A stretch of DNA of 64,000 nt from Octopus vulgaris (lineage: Eukaryota): the NCBI GenBank assembly GCA_951406725.2, contig OX597823.1, positions 58,218,001 through 58,282,000 of the forward strand, given 5' to 3'. The position numbers and the translations under genes are program-made. Shown here piece by piece: positions 12,203-25,743 of this stretch. How positions within the stretch are numbered: position 1 is the stretch's first letter; each line of letters opens with the position of its first letter. The notes beneath the pieces are model-generated. The model saw only the letters and a list, made by a program, of their open reading frames with translations, ran no database searches and was not told the DNA's origin.

Positions 12203-12700
12203 ATAGGCGCAGCCCTGAATGTGTGGATAGGCGCAGAGATAGCTGTGTGGGTAGGCGCAGGCGTAGCTGTGTGGATAGGCGCAGGAGTGGCTGTGTTGTA
12301 AGAAGTTTGTTTCCCAGCCACATGCTCCGAGTTCAATCCCACATCGTGGTACCTTGGGCGAGTGTCTTCTACAATAACCTCGAACTAAATGAAACCTGTC
12401 GCCTATATACATGCATATATTTGTGTTTGTGTGTTTGCATCTACGATTGATCCCCACCACTTCTTGACAACAGATGTTGGTGTGCTTACATCACCACTCA
12501 CAAGGCTTGATAACCGGTGTAGGTGTCATTACATCTCCGTAGCCTAAATTATCAGTTCGGCAAAACAGGACAATTAAACAAGTACCAGACTTCAAAAACT
12601 AAGCACTGGGGTCGATTCATCGGCCTAAAAATTCTTCAATGTGATGCCCCAGCATGACCGCAGTCTAATGACTGAAACAAAGGAGCAAGTAAAGGATAAA
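12203..12700 (+). mobile_element. SINE family A with four tandem 24-bp 5' heads
   Basis: TAGGCGCAG...TGTGTGG units start at 12203, 12227, 12251 and 12275, followed by the family A body and tail. Confidence 0.8.
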
Positions 12701-13039
12701 AGATTCTATTAAGTTAATGAAGTACATATCTACGCTCTAATGAATTAGCAATAATAAACAGGTGAGTGATTATTTGCATGTCGACGTATTTTCATTTCGA
12801 ATATATGAAGAATGCTTGGAAAGATCAGTTTCCTTTACAAATAGGAAGAATATTAAGAATATCTGGTACCTTCATTTATTCAACACAATTAATTTATTAC
12901 AATCATATTCATTAAGTGGAAGACATATAAGGGATATTATTGCAGGTATACAGGTGTATCTGACGGAGATTAACAAATTGAGAATAAAGTTATTTACAAA
13001 TAGCCTTATACCTACATATATATATACATAGTACATATA

Positions 13040-13085
<46 letters not shown>

Positions 13086-13174
13086 TAAATATATATCTAT
13101 ATAAATATACATATATCTATATGTATATTAATAAATATATATCTATATATATATATACATATGTATATTTATTC

Positions 13175-13213
<39 letters not shown>

Positions 13214-13585
13214 GTTTAATTATATATTATATACAAATATATGTATGTATGCATATTTCTGGAAAAGAGAAATAATGATACGAAAGAGATAAAGTTACAT
13301 GTAGCCCGAAGCAGGACAATAAAATTCAAATTCTAAGAAAGTGTCTGATGTCAGCTGTATTATTAATGTTTGCCAGCCGTAATTGCGGTCGCTAATTTAG
13401 GCAACTTATCTGCAAATCTGCCAAGTAATTTATATCGAGTTATTAAAAGTCATATAATTGTTCAAATTCTCACAACAGCTCTCCTCCATCCCAACCACCT
13501 CAACACACTTATAAACATTATTCAACGTACACAAGCAGATTTATAATTAAGAATATATATGTATATATATATGTATATATATATG

Positions 13586-13657
<72 letters not shown>

Positions 13658-14112
13658 TGTATATATATGTATATATATATATATATACATTTATATATAC
13701 CATGTATGATACAGGTACATACACATATATATAGTATGTATAATACAGATACGCACATATTTCTAAATATACATACACATACATAAAACACACACACATA
13801 CACACATACACACAAGCGCGTACACACATATATATGCATGAATCTGTGTATAGAAACTTCTACTTATTCAACGAACAGTGATAAAGTACAGAACTCAATA
13901 TGTAGAGGGTGAGTGTTCTTTTATATATCATAATTCATAATTCCGGAATTCCTATCATTTAGCTTGCAATCCGGGACTGATTTCCCTTGAAATATCTGTT
14001 ATTAGTTAGAATATATTTTGAAATAATTTATGAAAGTTATGAAGAAATGTTTTTGTTTTTTTTATTATCTTTTACTTGTTTCTGTCATTGGACTAAGTCT
14101 ATGCAGGGCAAT

Positions 14113-14341
14113 ACCTATTTCTTTTCTACCTACAAGTGGCTAAACACAGAGAGGACAAACAAGGACAGACAAACGGATTAAGTGCGACCCCAGTGTGTAT
14201 ATGGTACTTATTTAATCGATCCCGAAAGGATGAAAGGCAAAGTCGACCTCGGCGGAATTTAAACTCAGAACGTAGCGACAGACGAAATACCGCTCAGTAT
14301 TTCGCCCAGCGTGCTACCGATTCTGCCAGCTCGCCGCCTTT
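14113..14341 (-). mobile_element. SINE family B, full-length
   Basis: Reverse complement of the 159-393 copy. Confidence 0.85.
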
Positions 14342-14799
14342 ATGCAGGGCAATACCACAAGGCTTTTGGGGATATGAACTTGATTCCAGCACATATTTTA
14401 AGATGTATATATTAGCAACAGAAGATGTATATATTAGCAGCATTAGTACTGAGAAGTATTAAACGCAGATGTTCTGTGAGTACAAAGTATACTGTGGTAG
14501 ATTCCATGAGAGAAATTCTCACATTGGCTTTTGGTGCAAAATGCACTCCCACAAAATGCACCAAATATCAATGACGGATAGATGAGAGGCTGTTAACGCT
14601 AGCGGTCGAGCGTCCAATATTAACAAGGCCAAGAGCGGTCGAAATCCTGTGACCTGATGGTCTCAAAGCTGGATTTATCTCCCCTCTAATGATATAAACT
14701 AGAGTGCATGAGCCAAAATGAGAGTTTCTCTTATGGTGTCTACCACATTGTAGTTTGTTCTAACAGAACATTTACGTTCACGTGTGGATAAATTATATA

Positions 14800-15190
14800 T
14801 TTTGAATCTGGTAGTTATTCTATGGGGATCTTTTGCCGAATGCTAAGTTACGAGAACGTAAACAAACCAACACCGATGTCAAGTGGTGCCGGAGTACAAA
14901 CATAGAAACACAGACACAAACTCACACGCGAATACACAAAGGCACATACACACACACAAACACATATATACACAAACACACACTGTCTGTCTCTATCTCT
15001 CTGTATCTTTCTCTCTCCCTCTCCCTCTCACACACACTTACAGGCTGTTCGGCATAAATTTAATGATATTTTATGTATCCTTTTTCTTTCAGGAAGAACT
15101 TGATCTATAAGGTGTTGGAGAGTATAAAAAATGAAGTTGTAATTGAGAAAATGTAAGCTGACATAGAGAACTCAAAGTGTATGTTTACGG

Positions 15191-15231
<41 letters not shown>

Positions 15232-15514
15232 CATATATGTACTGAACCGCTAAGTGAGTGGATTTGGTAGACGGAAACTGAAAGAAGCCCGTCGTATATA
15301 TATATGTGTGTGTGTGTGTTTGTCCCCAAACATCGTTTGACAACCGATGTTGGTGTGTTTGCGTCCCCGTAATTTAGCGTTTCGGCAAAGAGATCGGTAG
15401 AATAAGTACCAGGCTTACAACGAATAAGTTCTGGGGGTCGATTTGCTTGACTAAAGGCGATGCTCCAGGCTTGGTCGCAGTCAAATGACTAAAACAAGTA
15501 AAAGAGTAAAAGAG

Positions 15515-15515
<1 letters not shown>
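14800..15515. mobile_element. Two partial family A SINEs in opposite orientations
   Basis: Minus-strand 3' part at about 14800-14950 and plus-strand part at about 15255-15515. Confidence 0.7.
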
Positions 15516-15554
<39 letters not shown>

Positions 15555-16227
15555 TATATAGACAAAATTTGATCACATCCATACAACAATTCCTTTCCCT
15601 TGCATTAATGAGTACAAAAGAATTAAAAAATAAGACCTTGAAATATAATTATAATACTTACTAGAGAAAATCAAAAACAACACGTGGTTTTCCAATCAAA
15701 CACTTTGACCACTTGATTACATAAATTCCTTTTTCTGCCCCAAACAAAAGGTCACGAACATGGAAAAGAATAACATATTGAATCATAATCAAACGCCTGA
15801 CCACGCTGTTACAAAAGCCACGTCTCATTTACCTCCTCCTCCTCCTCCTTCTCAAACTTTTTCTTCTTTCTTTTCCCTTCGCAACCTTGCCTCCACAAAA
15901 AAAATAATAATATCTCGAAATACACTCCTATTTTCTTTTTTCTTCTTTCTCTTCACTATCGCCCACTCTCTCTCTCTTCTCCTTTCTCACTCCTGCATCA
16001 TCTAACTTGTTCCTCTCTCCCCCCCCTCCCTCTCCTCTCTCACTCTCTTTCTAAAACCTCATCAGTTCAATTTTATATTAAAAAAAAAAGTGAAGCAAAT
16101 TTACTGTAAACCACTTTTTTGATAAATCGGATAACAGAAGAAATCTCTAAAAATGTAAATAAAAATATATATAATCATCCAACATTCTGATTACCTTGTT
16201 ATTCCCAATATTCAATATCTGTACATC

Positions 16228-16385
16228 TTTCAGTTTCCGTCTACCAAATCTTCCCACAAGGCTTTGTTCGGCCCTAGGTTATAGTGGAAGTCACTTGCAA
16301 CTTGCTCGAGGTGCGACACAGTAGGACTGAACCCAGAACCTTGTGGTTCGAAAGCAAACTTCATACCACCATGCCAAATTTCGTG
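16228..16385 (-). mobile_element. SINE family A 5' half
   Basis: TTTCAGTTTCCGTCTACCAAATC...GGACTGAACCCAGAACC. Confidence 0.7.
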
Positions 16386-16715
16386 CGCTGCGATGATGTC
16401 TATGATCTGATATTTTCAGTAGGTTTTGTCGTCGGTAAAAACACATGAAAGAACCCAGGGATAAATACTTCACCTGAAGGATTCTTTATGCGAATAGCTT
16501 CGGTAAAAATGGATTCGGAAACAAAATGATAAGTAAGTTTCTTCAGTTGGTTACCTTGAATGTGCGTGTAACTATAAATACTCGCTCACTTTATACCGGA
16601 GGGTGAAAAAAACTTTGGGTAGGAAAAAAAAAGACAACCAAACAATGAAACTTGAACTTGCGATTGGGAAATGAATACTTCTGATTAAGCCACGCACAGC
16701 CACTAATAGCATTTA

Positions 16716-17112
16716 TCTTTATATATAAAAGAGAAGTTGTGTGTCTGTCTCCTACGATTTGGATTCCTAACTACTCCCACATTTTGCGGTGCAGTTTAAC
16801 CAAAACCGGGTATCTTATAGTCGTGATTCATATCGAGCCCTTCTGGGTATTAGCGCGCGTCTACGATGAGTCTACGATTTTAAAAAAAACTTACCATCAT
16901 TTTTTCCATTTTAATGCATTTTTTCGCTATTATATAAGGGAAGTAACTCTCTAAAAATGTCTAAAAATGAGTCAACAATTTAAAAAAAAATTTACCATAA
17001 TTTTTTTCCAATTTTGATGCATTTTTTTGCTATTTTTTGGCTATAACTCTCTAAAAATGCTTATATAGTTATTTCCCTTACAAACCCGAGCAACGCCGGG
17101 CGATACTGCTAG
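16716..17112 (+). mobile_element. Non-autonomous Helitron
   Basis: 5' TC, 3' CTAG, subterminal hairpin CCCGAGCAACGCCGGG, inserted between A and T with no TSD. It carries an internal duplication of about 100 bp. Confidence 0.85.
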
Positions 17113-17424
17113 TTGTTCATATAAAGTTAATTCTATTTTGGCCTGAGTGAAAAGATGCCCGGGAAGTTTCATATCATTTTCATTAACAAAGTGAAGAGTT
17201 TTAACCGGTCACAAACCAAAAGATTGAAGTACAATTAAATATGAAATTGTGGAGATAGTTCTATTGATATACATTTTCGTTCAGATTTGGTCACCTATCT
17301 TAGAATAGGAACCTTGAAAACATTATTTTTGTTAGTGTACTTTATCAAAGCCTCAAATTTATTTTAACTGAATTTAGCTCTCTAAAACTCTTTACGCGTT
17401 TAAAAATGGATAAAAGGAGTAAAG

Positions 17425-17600
17425 AATGACCATTGCATTGCACCTAGAAAGTTTCCCTTCCGAGGCACAAGTCCACGCAAGGTTGTTTATGAAAGACAAA
17501 CAGTCGCCCTTGCATACCAGCCTCTTCTCGCCACGCCACCTATGTTATCCAAGGGAAAAGCAAAAGCCAACACAGCTAGGCACCATGAGTCGAATACCGT
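17425..17600 (-). mobile_element. RTE/BovB-like 5'-region-derived repeat fragment
   Basis: CCGAGGCACAAGTCC...CAGTCGCCC...TCCAAGGGAAA...ACAGCTAGGCACCA resembles RTE-clade 5' UTR sequence (from memory). Confidence 0.4.
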
Positions 17601-17845
17601 CTCCTTTGAACCACACGTCTTCACTAGGGTTCTACTCCAAGTGCATTGGAGTCACAGGATTCAATTCCGAAGGAGATTAGAGTTTTGCACTTCTTTGAAA
17701 AAAAAAATTTCTCTCCCGAAAAAGTCTAAAGGCTTCTTGTACTTTATCTTCGTTAGACTGACGATAGACACATTGACGAAGGCAAGAAATACAATTCTTT
17801 GAAGTCACTATTAAACTATATTTCGTAAAAGTTTATATATATATA

Positions 17846-17993
<148 letters not shown>

Positions 17994-18029
17994 GTATATG
18001 CTTATGTGTGTGTATATATATATTGTTTA

Positions 18030-18189
18030 TATGTCTGTGTTTATCCTCCAGCATCGCTTGACAACCGAGCCCCATAGAATAAGTACTAGGTCTATTATAA
18101 AGTCTGATTCCAAAGGACTATTTGTTCGACTAAAGGCGGTGCTCCAGCATGTTCGCAGTCAAATGACTGAAAGAAATAAAAGAATAAAA

Positions 18190-18190
<1 letters not shown>
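18030..18190 (+). mobile_element. SINE family A 3' half
   Basis: CATCGCTTGACAACCG...GACTAAAGGCGGTGCTCCAGCATG...AAATGACTGAAA. Confidence 0.8.
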
Positions 18191-18263
<73 letters not shown>

Positions 18264-18284
18264 TCATATATATATATATACAAG

Positions 18285-18315
<31 letters not shown>

Positions 18316-18876
18316 ATACTTGGATAGATTCGTGCGTATGTACATGTATGTATAGAAACGTATGCAATATAAATCAGCAATTTGATATCGAAAAAGAACC
18401 AATAAAATATTGATAAGAGACCCATTCCGCCTATATCGTTTAACGGATTACCGGTTTATTGATTACATCACACTAACTTTGTGGCCAATTCCTCTTTCTA
18501 AGATCACGTATAAATGTCTACCAACTATTAACTGAACACTTTAAATTCCACTACGGCTTCCCCTACTTATTCCTGTTTGGTAATTCGTCAGCATATCGCT
18601 CACACCACTAACATCGAAATATATCGCATCTTGATTCGGTTTTTCAGCTATAATTAACTTCGAGAATATGAATACCTTTTAATACACACACACACACACA
18701 CGAATACGCACACACACACACGCACACACGTGTGTGTATGTCTCTATGTATGTATGCATGTATGTGTACATGTGGTTATGTACATAACTGTATGTGCATA
18801 CATACATATATTCATTCATACATGTTTATATACATATGTGTGTGTGTTTAAAGAAAGATACTTTGATTTGTGTTTT

Positions 18877-18928
<52 letters not shown>

Positions 18929-19079
18929 CATACATATATAGAAAGAGGGAGAGAGAGAGAGATGTAGAGAGACAAACAGGCAGGTGGACAGACATACAGG
19001 CAGACATATTGGTAGACAGTGAGATTATTCGTTAATAGAATACAAAGAAATAACTGCTTTCAAACTTTATATTAAATGC

Positions 19080-19400
19080 ATATGAAGGCGAAGTTTTGGC
19101 TATATAATATAAGAGGCGACAGTACATCAGCAAAAGCATTAAATTCTGCTTGTATTCACCCACCATCAAGCCGACATTCACTTATGCGTGCGAGATATGG
19201 AAAAATAACAGTAAGATCTATAAAACTGCAGTTGTTGGCTTAGGACTAAACTGGGAAATTCATGAGAGAAGTCTTGAAAGGAGCTGAGTTGAGTAACCAA
19301 ACCAAGACATACCGACAGAGAAATATGGCTTAAGACTTTTGATTCTGTTTTTTTTTACGCATGTCCATGAAGAAACTAGCAAAAGCCTATCTCGAGTAAA
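19080..19400 (+). pseudogene. RTE-clade LINE C-terminal fragment
   Basis: Manual translation from about 19125 gives ISKSIKFCLYSPTIKPTFTYACEIW, matching the RTE P-L-YGCE-W motif. Confidence 0.55.
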
Positions 19401-19414
19401 AACCACAGAGGTTA

Positions 19415-19825
19415 CTCTTTGACTCTTTACTCTCTTACTTGTTTCAGTCATTTGACTGCGGCCATGCTGGAGCACCGCCTTTAATCGAGCAACTCGAACC
19501 CGGGACTTATTCTTTTGTAAGCCCAGTACTTATTCTATGGGTCTCTTTTGCCGAACCGCTAAGTAACGGGGACATAAACACACCAGCATCGGTTGTCAAG
19601 CAATGTTAGGGGGACAAACAATCACACAAACACACACATGCATATATATATACATATATACGACGGGCTTCTTTTCAGTTTCCGTCTACCAAATCCACTC
19701 ACAAGGCTTTGGTCGGCCCGAGGCTATAGCAGAAGACACTTGCCCAAGGTGCCACACAGTGGGACTGAACCCGGAACCATGTGGTTGGTAAGCAAGCTAC
19801 TTACCACACAGCCACTCCTGCGCCT
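19415..19825 (-). mobile_element. SINE family A, full-length young copy with internal microsatellite
   Basis: Head AGGCGCAGGAGTGGCTGTGTGG, B-box-like GGTTCAGTCCC, internal (TA)/(TG) tract and tail GAAACAAGTAAGAGAGTAAAGAG. Confidence 0.9.
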
Positions 19826-20144
19826 AGGATGTGAGGTAAACTTTTAAAGATCTGGTTGGCGGCTGTAAGGAAAACTCTGAAAAATATAGACTGTTCTGCC
19901 GGAGTGGGAGAAACTACGAAGCATGTGCCTACGACAGTGAGTTTCGTATGATGAAATACAGTAGCAGCACAATAAAGAGATGGTTAGTTGCCAACTTAAT
20001 GTGGCAGTCCCAGGAAAGGGAAGAATGCTACTGCTATTTAGGCCCAGGAAACACTGTTTCCAGTTGGCTACGTGACACACGCGTTCTGTGTCCTAACGTT
20101 TCCAAACAGGGGGGATAAGCACCTACACCCAGCAAAGCCAGCAT

Positions 20145-20185
20145 ATAGAGACTAGTTTCGGAGTCATTGCTCTTCATCAGTCTGG
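20145..20185 (-). ncRNA. Minimal type I hammerhead ribozyme
   Basis: CCAGA-CTGATGA-AGAGCAATGACTCC-GAAA-CTAG-TC-TCT. GUC cleavage triplet; helix I is only 3 bp. Confidence 0.7.
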
Positions 20186-20436
20186 AGTAGCTTGTCAGCT
20201 AGCTGTCGATGATTATTTGCCACTGGAAACAATGTTTCCTGGAGCTAAACAGCAGTAGCATTTTTCCCTTTCCTGGTACTGGCACATTAAGTTGGCAACA
20301 AACTTTATCGTGCTACTACTGTATTAGTCTCTCTGAGAGATTTAGAAATGCAATATTTCTAATTTATTTATTTCACTTGAAAATTTATAAGATTTCAAAG
20401 GCAAATAAGCATCAACAGCTGGCAAGCCAAGCTGCT

Positions 20437-20477
20437 CCAGACTGATGAAGAGCAATGGCTCTGAAACTAGTATCTGG
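20437..20477 (+). ncRNA. Minimal type I hammerhead ribozyme, intact
   Basis: Helix I CCAGA/TCTGG, core CTGATGA (20442-20448), helix II AGAGC/GCTCT, GAAA (20463-20466), palindromic helix III ACTAGT and GUA triplet with predicted cleavage after 20472. Confidence 0.85.
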
Positions 20478-20835
20478 TTGTTGGCTTTGCTGGGTGGAAG
20501 TGCTTATCTCCCCTGTTTGAAAACTCAAGGACACAGAACGCTTGTGTCACATAGGCAACTGGAAACAGTATTTCCTGGGACTATATAACAGTAGCACTCT
20601 TCGCTTTCCAGGGTGTGTCACATTAAGTTGGCAACAAACAATCACTTTATAAGTGTGTGTGTGTGTGTGTGTGTGAATGTGTGTGTGTCTGCGTGTGCGT
20701 GTGTGTAATTTCAATGGCTTAGATACTGTAGACACCGAAAGCACTTAATAACACACACTCAGTAGCTGTCTGTTTGTCTATTTATCTTTCTATCAATCTA
20801 TATTTACATACAGACCCACACATAAATTCACGCTA

Positions 20836-20879
<44 letters not shown>

Positions 20880-21046
20880 CTATACACACTCGCACGCATG
20901 TATATGCATATATATGTGCACACACCTACACGCACACTGATATGCATCTATATGAATATATATATATGTATTGTATATAAATGTATTTATATATACATAG
21001 TGTATATACATACATATATATATATACATATATATAAGCGCTTACA

Positions 21047-21098
<52 letters not shown>

Positions 21099-21367
21099 CA
21101 TACGAGTGTATGCAGTGTGTACTCGATTTTATCTTCCACTTGGGAGTAACTTTATTGAGTTACTTAGATTCAGAACATATTTAATTTTTAACACAGTGTC
21201 TTCTCCTATTTTGTTAACACATTAATTTCTTTCTGTTTTTTCCTTCTTTTCTATTGAAATATTTCGTCTTCCAGAGAGATCGATCACAAATTTTGAATCT
21301 TAAAATTGTCACGAAACCAATATTGAGGGTGTCGATCAATCTGTTATATCGGCAACAGTACACAGTC

Positions 21368-21580
21368 GTTCCTATTATAGGCACAAGGCCTGAAGTTTTG
21401 TGGAGAGGTGGGTAGTCTATTACATCGACTCTGGTGCTCGACTGCTACATATTTTGATGACACCGAAAGATTGAAAAGCATAGTGCGCCTCGGTGGAATT
21501 TGATCTTGGAACGTTAAGACGGGCGAAATGTCATTAAGCCTTTTGTCTGGTGTGTTAGCGATTCCGCCAGTTCGCTGCCC
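21368..21580 (-). mobile_element. SINE family B, diverged
   Basis: AGGCACAAGGCCTGAA...CCTCGGTGGAATTTGA...CCGCCAGTTCGCTGCC. Confidence 0.75.
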
Positions 21581-21963
21581 TTAAATAATCCTTTCTACTA
21601 TAGGTACAAAGCTTGAAATTATATAAAATATATTCTAAGTACCTAAAATTCGTTTATTTCCCAACAATGCTTAGCACTACTACTACTACTACGTGTGTGT
21701 GTGTGTATTTATACATACATACATACATACATACACACACACGCACACACTTACTAGCCCCTATTCACATACTTACACATTCACACACATCATTCTCAAA
21801 TACACACACGCTCGTACACCTTCATTTGAGATCACCAGCAATTTATAATCTCCCTTTCTGTCAACCTCTTCTCTGAAACATTTTGATAATCATTTGCCAT
21901 GCTTCACTGCTAAATCTACACGTTTTTAATTTTCATTCTCTCGCTGGTTATTTTCTCTTATTG

Positions 21964-21999
21964 CTTTCTGTAGAAGGGCGTAGGCTCGAAACGTAAAGG
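21964..21999 (+). ncRNA. Hammerhead-like motif with CUGUAGA core in a pLTR-like repeat
   Basis: CTTT-CTGTAGA-A-GGGC/GCTC-GAAA-CG-TA-AAGG. The downstream ~90 bp is homologous to 45741-45830. Confidence 0.6.
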
Positions 22000-22516
22000 A
22001 CGTTTTTTTTTCATTTTCCCGAGCGTCAAACTAATACACATGCTTGTTGTTCATATAAAGTCTTCGTCTTTCGTCTTTCTAAAAATTTCAACTGTATATA
22101 CATACGTATGTGTGGCTCTGTGTGTTGGAGTGTGTGTGTGTGTGTGGTCTTTCATCTACTTGTACTGGTTGAGTATTGTGATCGTGTAAGCATGTCATAG
22201 TGTTATTAGTAAAGGAATTTTTGTTAATCTAATGTATTTACGATGACAAAAGGATGTCATCAAAAAATTAGGGGAAAATGTTATTGGTCAGCATCTATTT
22301 GTCTCTAGTGGATCATTGTCCCCGGGAATTATTTGGATACTATTTAGAAATTTTAACCTTTGTGTTTAAGGAAGTGAAGTTTGTAAGCTATGTTTTTTTA
22401 TAAATATATCTTCTATTCGGTTTCTATTGTGAATATTTTACAGTATTTTATTTGGACTTATCAAAATATGCAAAAGTGGGAATTATAAAAGTTGTGCAAA
22501 AATGCATGTATATTTG

Positions 22517-22673
<157 letters not shown>

Positions 22674-23770
22674 GTCTATCTATCTATCTATCTATCTATT
22701 TATATGTCTGTCTGTCTGTGTGTGCTTGTTTCTTCTGTAGTACTCCGAACCTCTATGGCTATGAAACCTTATGATGAAGCGCATTTCAAATTAAACTTTA
22801 CCATTTGTTTACGCACTGCATTACCTATTTGAATCTTTAGTTAAATCGGTAGGGTAAGATTAGAATAGTTTTAACTACTATGTCTAGGAGCTCTAGCGAC
22901 CAGGTAATGGTTTCCCTCGTTGGCTCGATTACTAATATCGTTGCTGTTATTGTTGTTGCTGTTGCTATTGTGGTTGCATTGTTGTCGAAATGTGTAGAAC
23001 TAATAATGATCAGTAAAACAAACAAACAAACAGAAAAACGCAACGATAATAATTTAGACATATCTTCAAGCAAAAAGTACAGACTACAATGCATTTCACT
23101 TCCATCGATCATTCTATCGGTCAAACACTCAACGTATCTTTAATTATTCAGCCACATGTTGTTCTGTTTTATTTTCATTTATAAACAATTAGACATCTTG
23201 CGGGTATTATTGTTGTTGATGGAGGTAATGCCGTTGTTATTGTTCAATATTCGCAATTGTTACTTTCAATCAAATTCATCTTAATTATCAAGTTTAGCTT
23301 TAGGGTGAATTATTAACCTTAATTTTAAATCAACAGCGTGACCCTGCTATTTTAGACGCATTTCCCTTCAATTCATCGATTGTTCCATTCGTTAATAACT
23401 AAAACATGAATAGTTTTATCTACCGAATTTTCTTTATGTATATTCACTTATTTAAAGTTCTTTGTTTCATTCCTGTATTTGGTTTGTTTATGTTTAAAAT
23501 GTGTTCAAAGTTTATTTACTCTCCCAATAATCATCTCGTCAGATTAACTCTTAAATGCCTTCAACAACCTCACTAAAACGTGCCAATTAGACACAGAGTC
23601 TCTGCTCGATCACTTGCACAGTTAAATCTCCAGTACTCTGCATTGAAAGGTTAACTTTTATTTATCGATCCAAAAGAGTTGATCGCAGTCAGATTTGAAC
23701 TCAGAGCAAGTATAAAGCATTCTATCCGACACTAACGAATGAATCAATTTACTGTCAAATTAATATAAGG

Positions 23771-24629
23771 CAGCAGCCCCCAACCTTTTTCTTTGCTTCA
23801 CGGACCGATTTAATGCAAGACAAATTTTCCACGGAGCGAAGGAATCACACGAATGACAAAACACTATTAAGAGCAGAAGTTGAAGTCAAGGCCAGGATAG
23901 GTAAAGGAGCTTCAGTATTCCAACTCCTTTGTGCAAATGGAAATTGAAGACTAACAATAATACAATAAAACTGTAGCTATTCTCATCTGTTGTTACACCA
24001 ACAGCCATCTACGCCTGTGAAACCTGGAATAAGACAGCGAAGACCTCTCTGTTACTGGACATGTTCCATCGACGCTGCCTAAGTTCAGTTCTGGGTATCT
24101 TTTTCCTGGAAAAAGTGAGAAACAAAGAGGTGATGAGAAGAGCTGGTATGGGAAGTTTGCAAGACATGGTGACTAAGCGGTAGATACAGTTTATTAACCA
24201 TATACAGGAAAGGCATGCAAGAAAGAGTATTATTACTACTATTGCTATTGTTACTGGCGGAGAGACTTGCTACCACATGATGGAATGGACGCCTAGAGGA
24301 GGAGAAAGTCCGAGAAGAATACCAAGAAGGACGTGGTGCAGTACGTTCCGGAATGATATGATAGGGATAGGAATTGGCTCAAGTGAAGCCAGCTAGAAGG
24401 CAAGCAATCGAGATATTTGGAGAAGGCTCGTTGCCCGCTTTGGTAACAACACTGGAGCTAAGATACATATAACATATATAATTTCTATATATTGCGAAAC
24501 CAACTTCCAGACTGTGATAGTCAATGAAATATAAATTAAGTTTTAAAATTTCTTTTTTTCTGTACGACCTGGTACCAAATGATCCATGGCCCACTACGGG
24601 TTCACAGATCGCTGGTTGCGGGGTCCATG
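23771..24629. mobile_element. Degenerate hAT/Charlie-type MITE containing an RTE fragment
   Basis: The ends CAGCAGCCCCCAACC and GGTTGCGGGGTCCATG resemble CAGGGGTCCCCAACC TIRs. No clean TSD. Confidence 0.45.
23868..24470 (+). pseudogene. RTE-clade LINE 3' fragment
   Basis: Manual translation gives AEVEVKARIGKGASVFQ and VVTPTAIYACETWNKT, with a decayed downstream C-terminus. Confidence 0.75.
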
Positions 24630-24745
24630 CTTTGAGGTATTTTCAGGTGCTATACTGATTTTCTTTGCGCCGCCCTTACAAAAGTCAGCATTGTAAGAAA
24701 TATTTTAGAAGAATAATCACTGCGAGTTAATTACGTAATGGATAA

Positions 24746-24773
24746 TCTCTCTATATATAAAACTGAGAATGTG

Positions 24774-24806
<33 letters not shown>

Positions 24807-25381
24807 TTCTGTTTCCCTAAAACTTGAGAACTACACAACCAATTTCATTTAAATTTTACACATGCCTTACTTAGGGTCTGGGGAGTGTCAAAAAAACATT
24901 TTTAACTTTTTGCCTAGGGCGAGCCCACAGCAATATCATATCTTCTCCACTACGATTCCCTAAAACTTGAGAACTACACAACCAATTTCATTCAAATTTT
25001 ACACATGCCTTACTTAGGGTCCATGTAGTATCATGGGCAAAAAAATGTTCAACTGCTTGCCTAGGGTAAGCCCATAGCAATATCATATCTTCTCCACTAT
25101 TTCAGTATTACGTGTTAAAAGTGAAACAAAAACATTTCTATTTTATGTCAGATACTTTCACTTTAACAATAAAAATTAGAGATAATAATAACAATTGAAT
25201 TATATGTAGTAAGTAATAATTAAAATCAACCTAAAGTATGATATAATAATTAAATCGTAACATTGCATCAATGACTTGAACTTGAATCAGTGGTTTCACA
25301 TGAATGAGAATAAATAAAAAATAAAATTTAAGTGCAGAAATGGAATAGTCCAGATGGAGGTGTGCACGGCTTTTACATTAG
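24746..25381 (+). mobile_element. Non-autonomous Helitron-like element, 3' end uncertain
   Basis: The 5' end A|TCTCTCTATATATAAAACTGAG resembles the other two Helitrons. It has a (GTCT)n tract and an internal 143-bp tandem duplication (24813 and 24956). Confidence 0.6.
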
Positions 25382-25743
25382 ATTATTTGCTAATTAGCTA
25401 GCATTAAGTATCTATATGAAGTTTGGCTGTACGAAAGATGATTCTACTGAGTACCGCTGTTGCTTTATTTCTGATCCATAAAGGCCTATAGCTTCAACAG
25501 AGTACTGCTTTTTTGTTTACTGTAAGGTTTGTTGTTATTATTATTTCTGTTTAACTATTGTTATCACGTTAGTTGGTTCCTCGTAAGGGAAGCGTTGTTG
25601 TGTTGCATTTGTTAAATAATTGTAAACCGTAACCCTCCCCTTTGGGAGAAGGAGCTTTGGTTATTGTTTAAAAATTGAATTGTGTCCCTGTTTGGGGAAA
25701 TTGACAATATTTTCACCGTTTACACGGAAGCATTTATGTTAGA

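Larger units (their letters stand above)
19950..20652. mobile_element. Cluster of three copies of a ~250-bp hammerhead-bearing repeat (Penelope pLTR / retrozyme-like)
   Basis: Minus copy at about 19955-20200, partial plus copy at about 20220-20325, plus copy at about 20417-20650. Confidence 0.8.

Noticed and set aside
16453-16504. Hammerhead-like CTGAAGG...GAATAGCTTC
   Set aside because: Core mismatches and no helix II.
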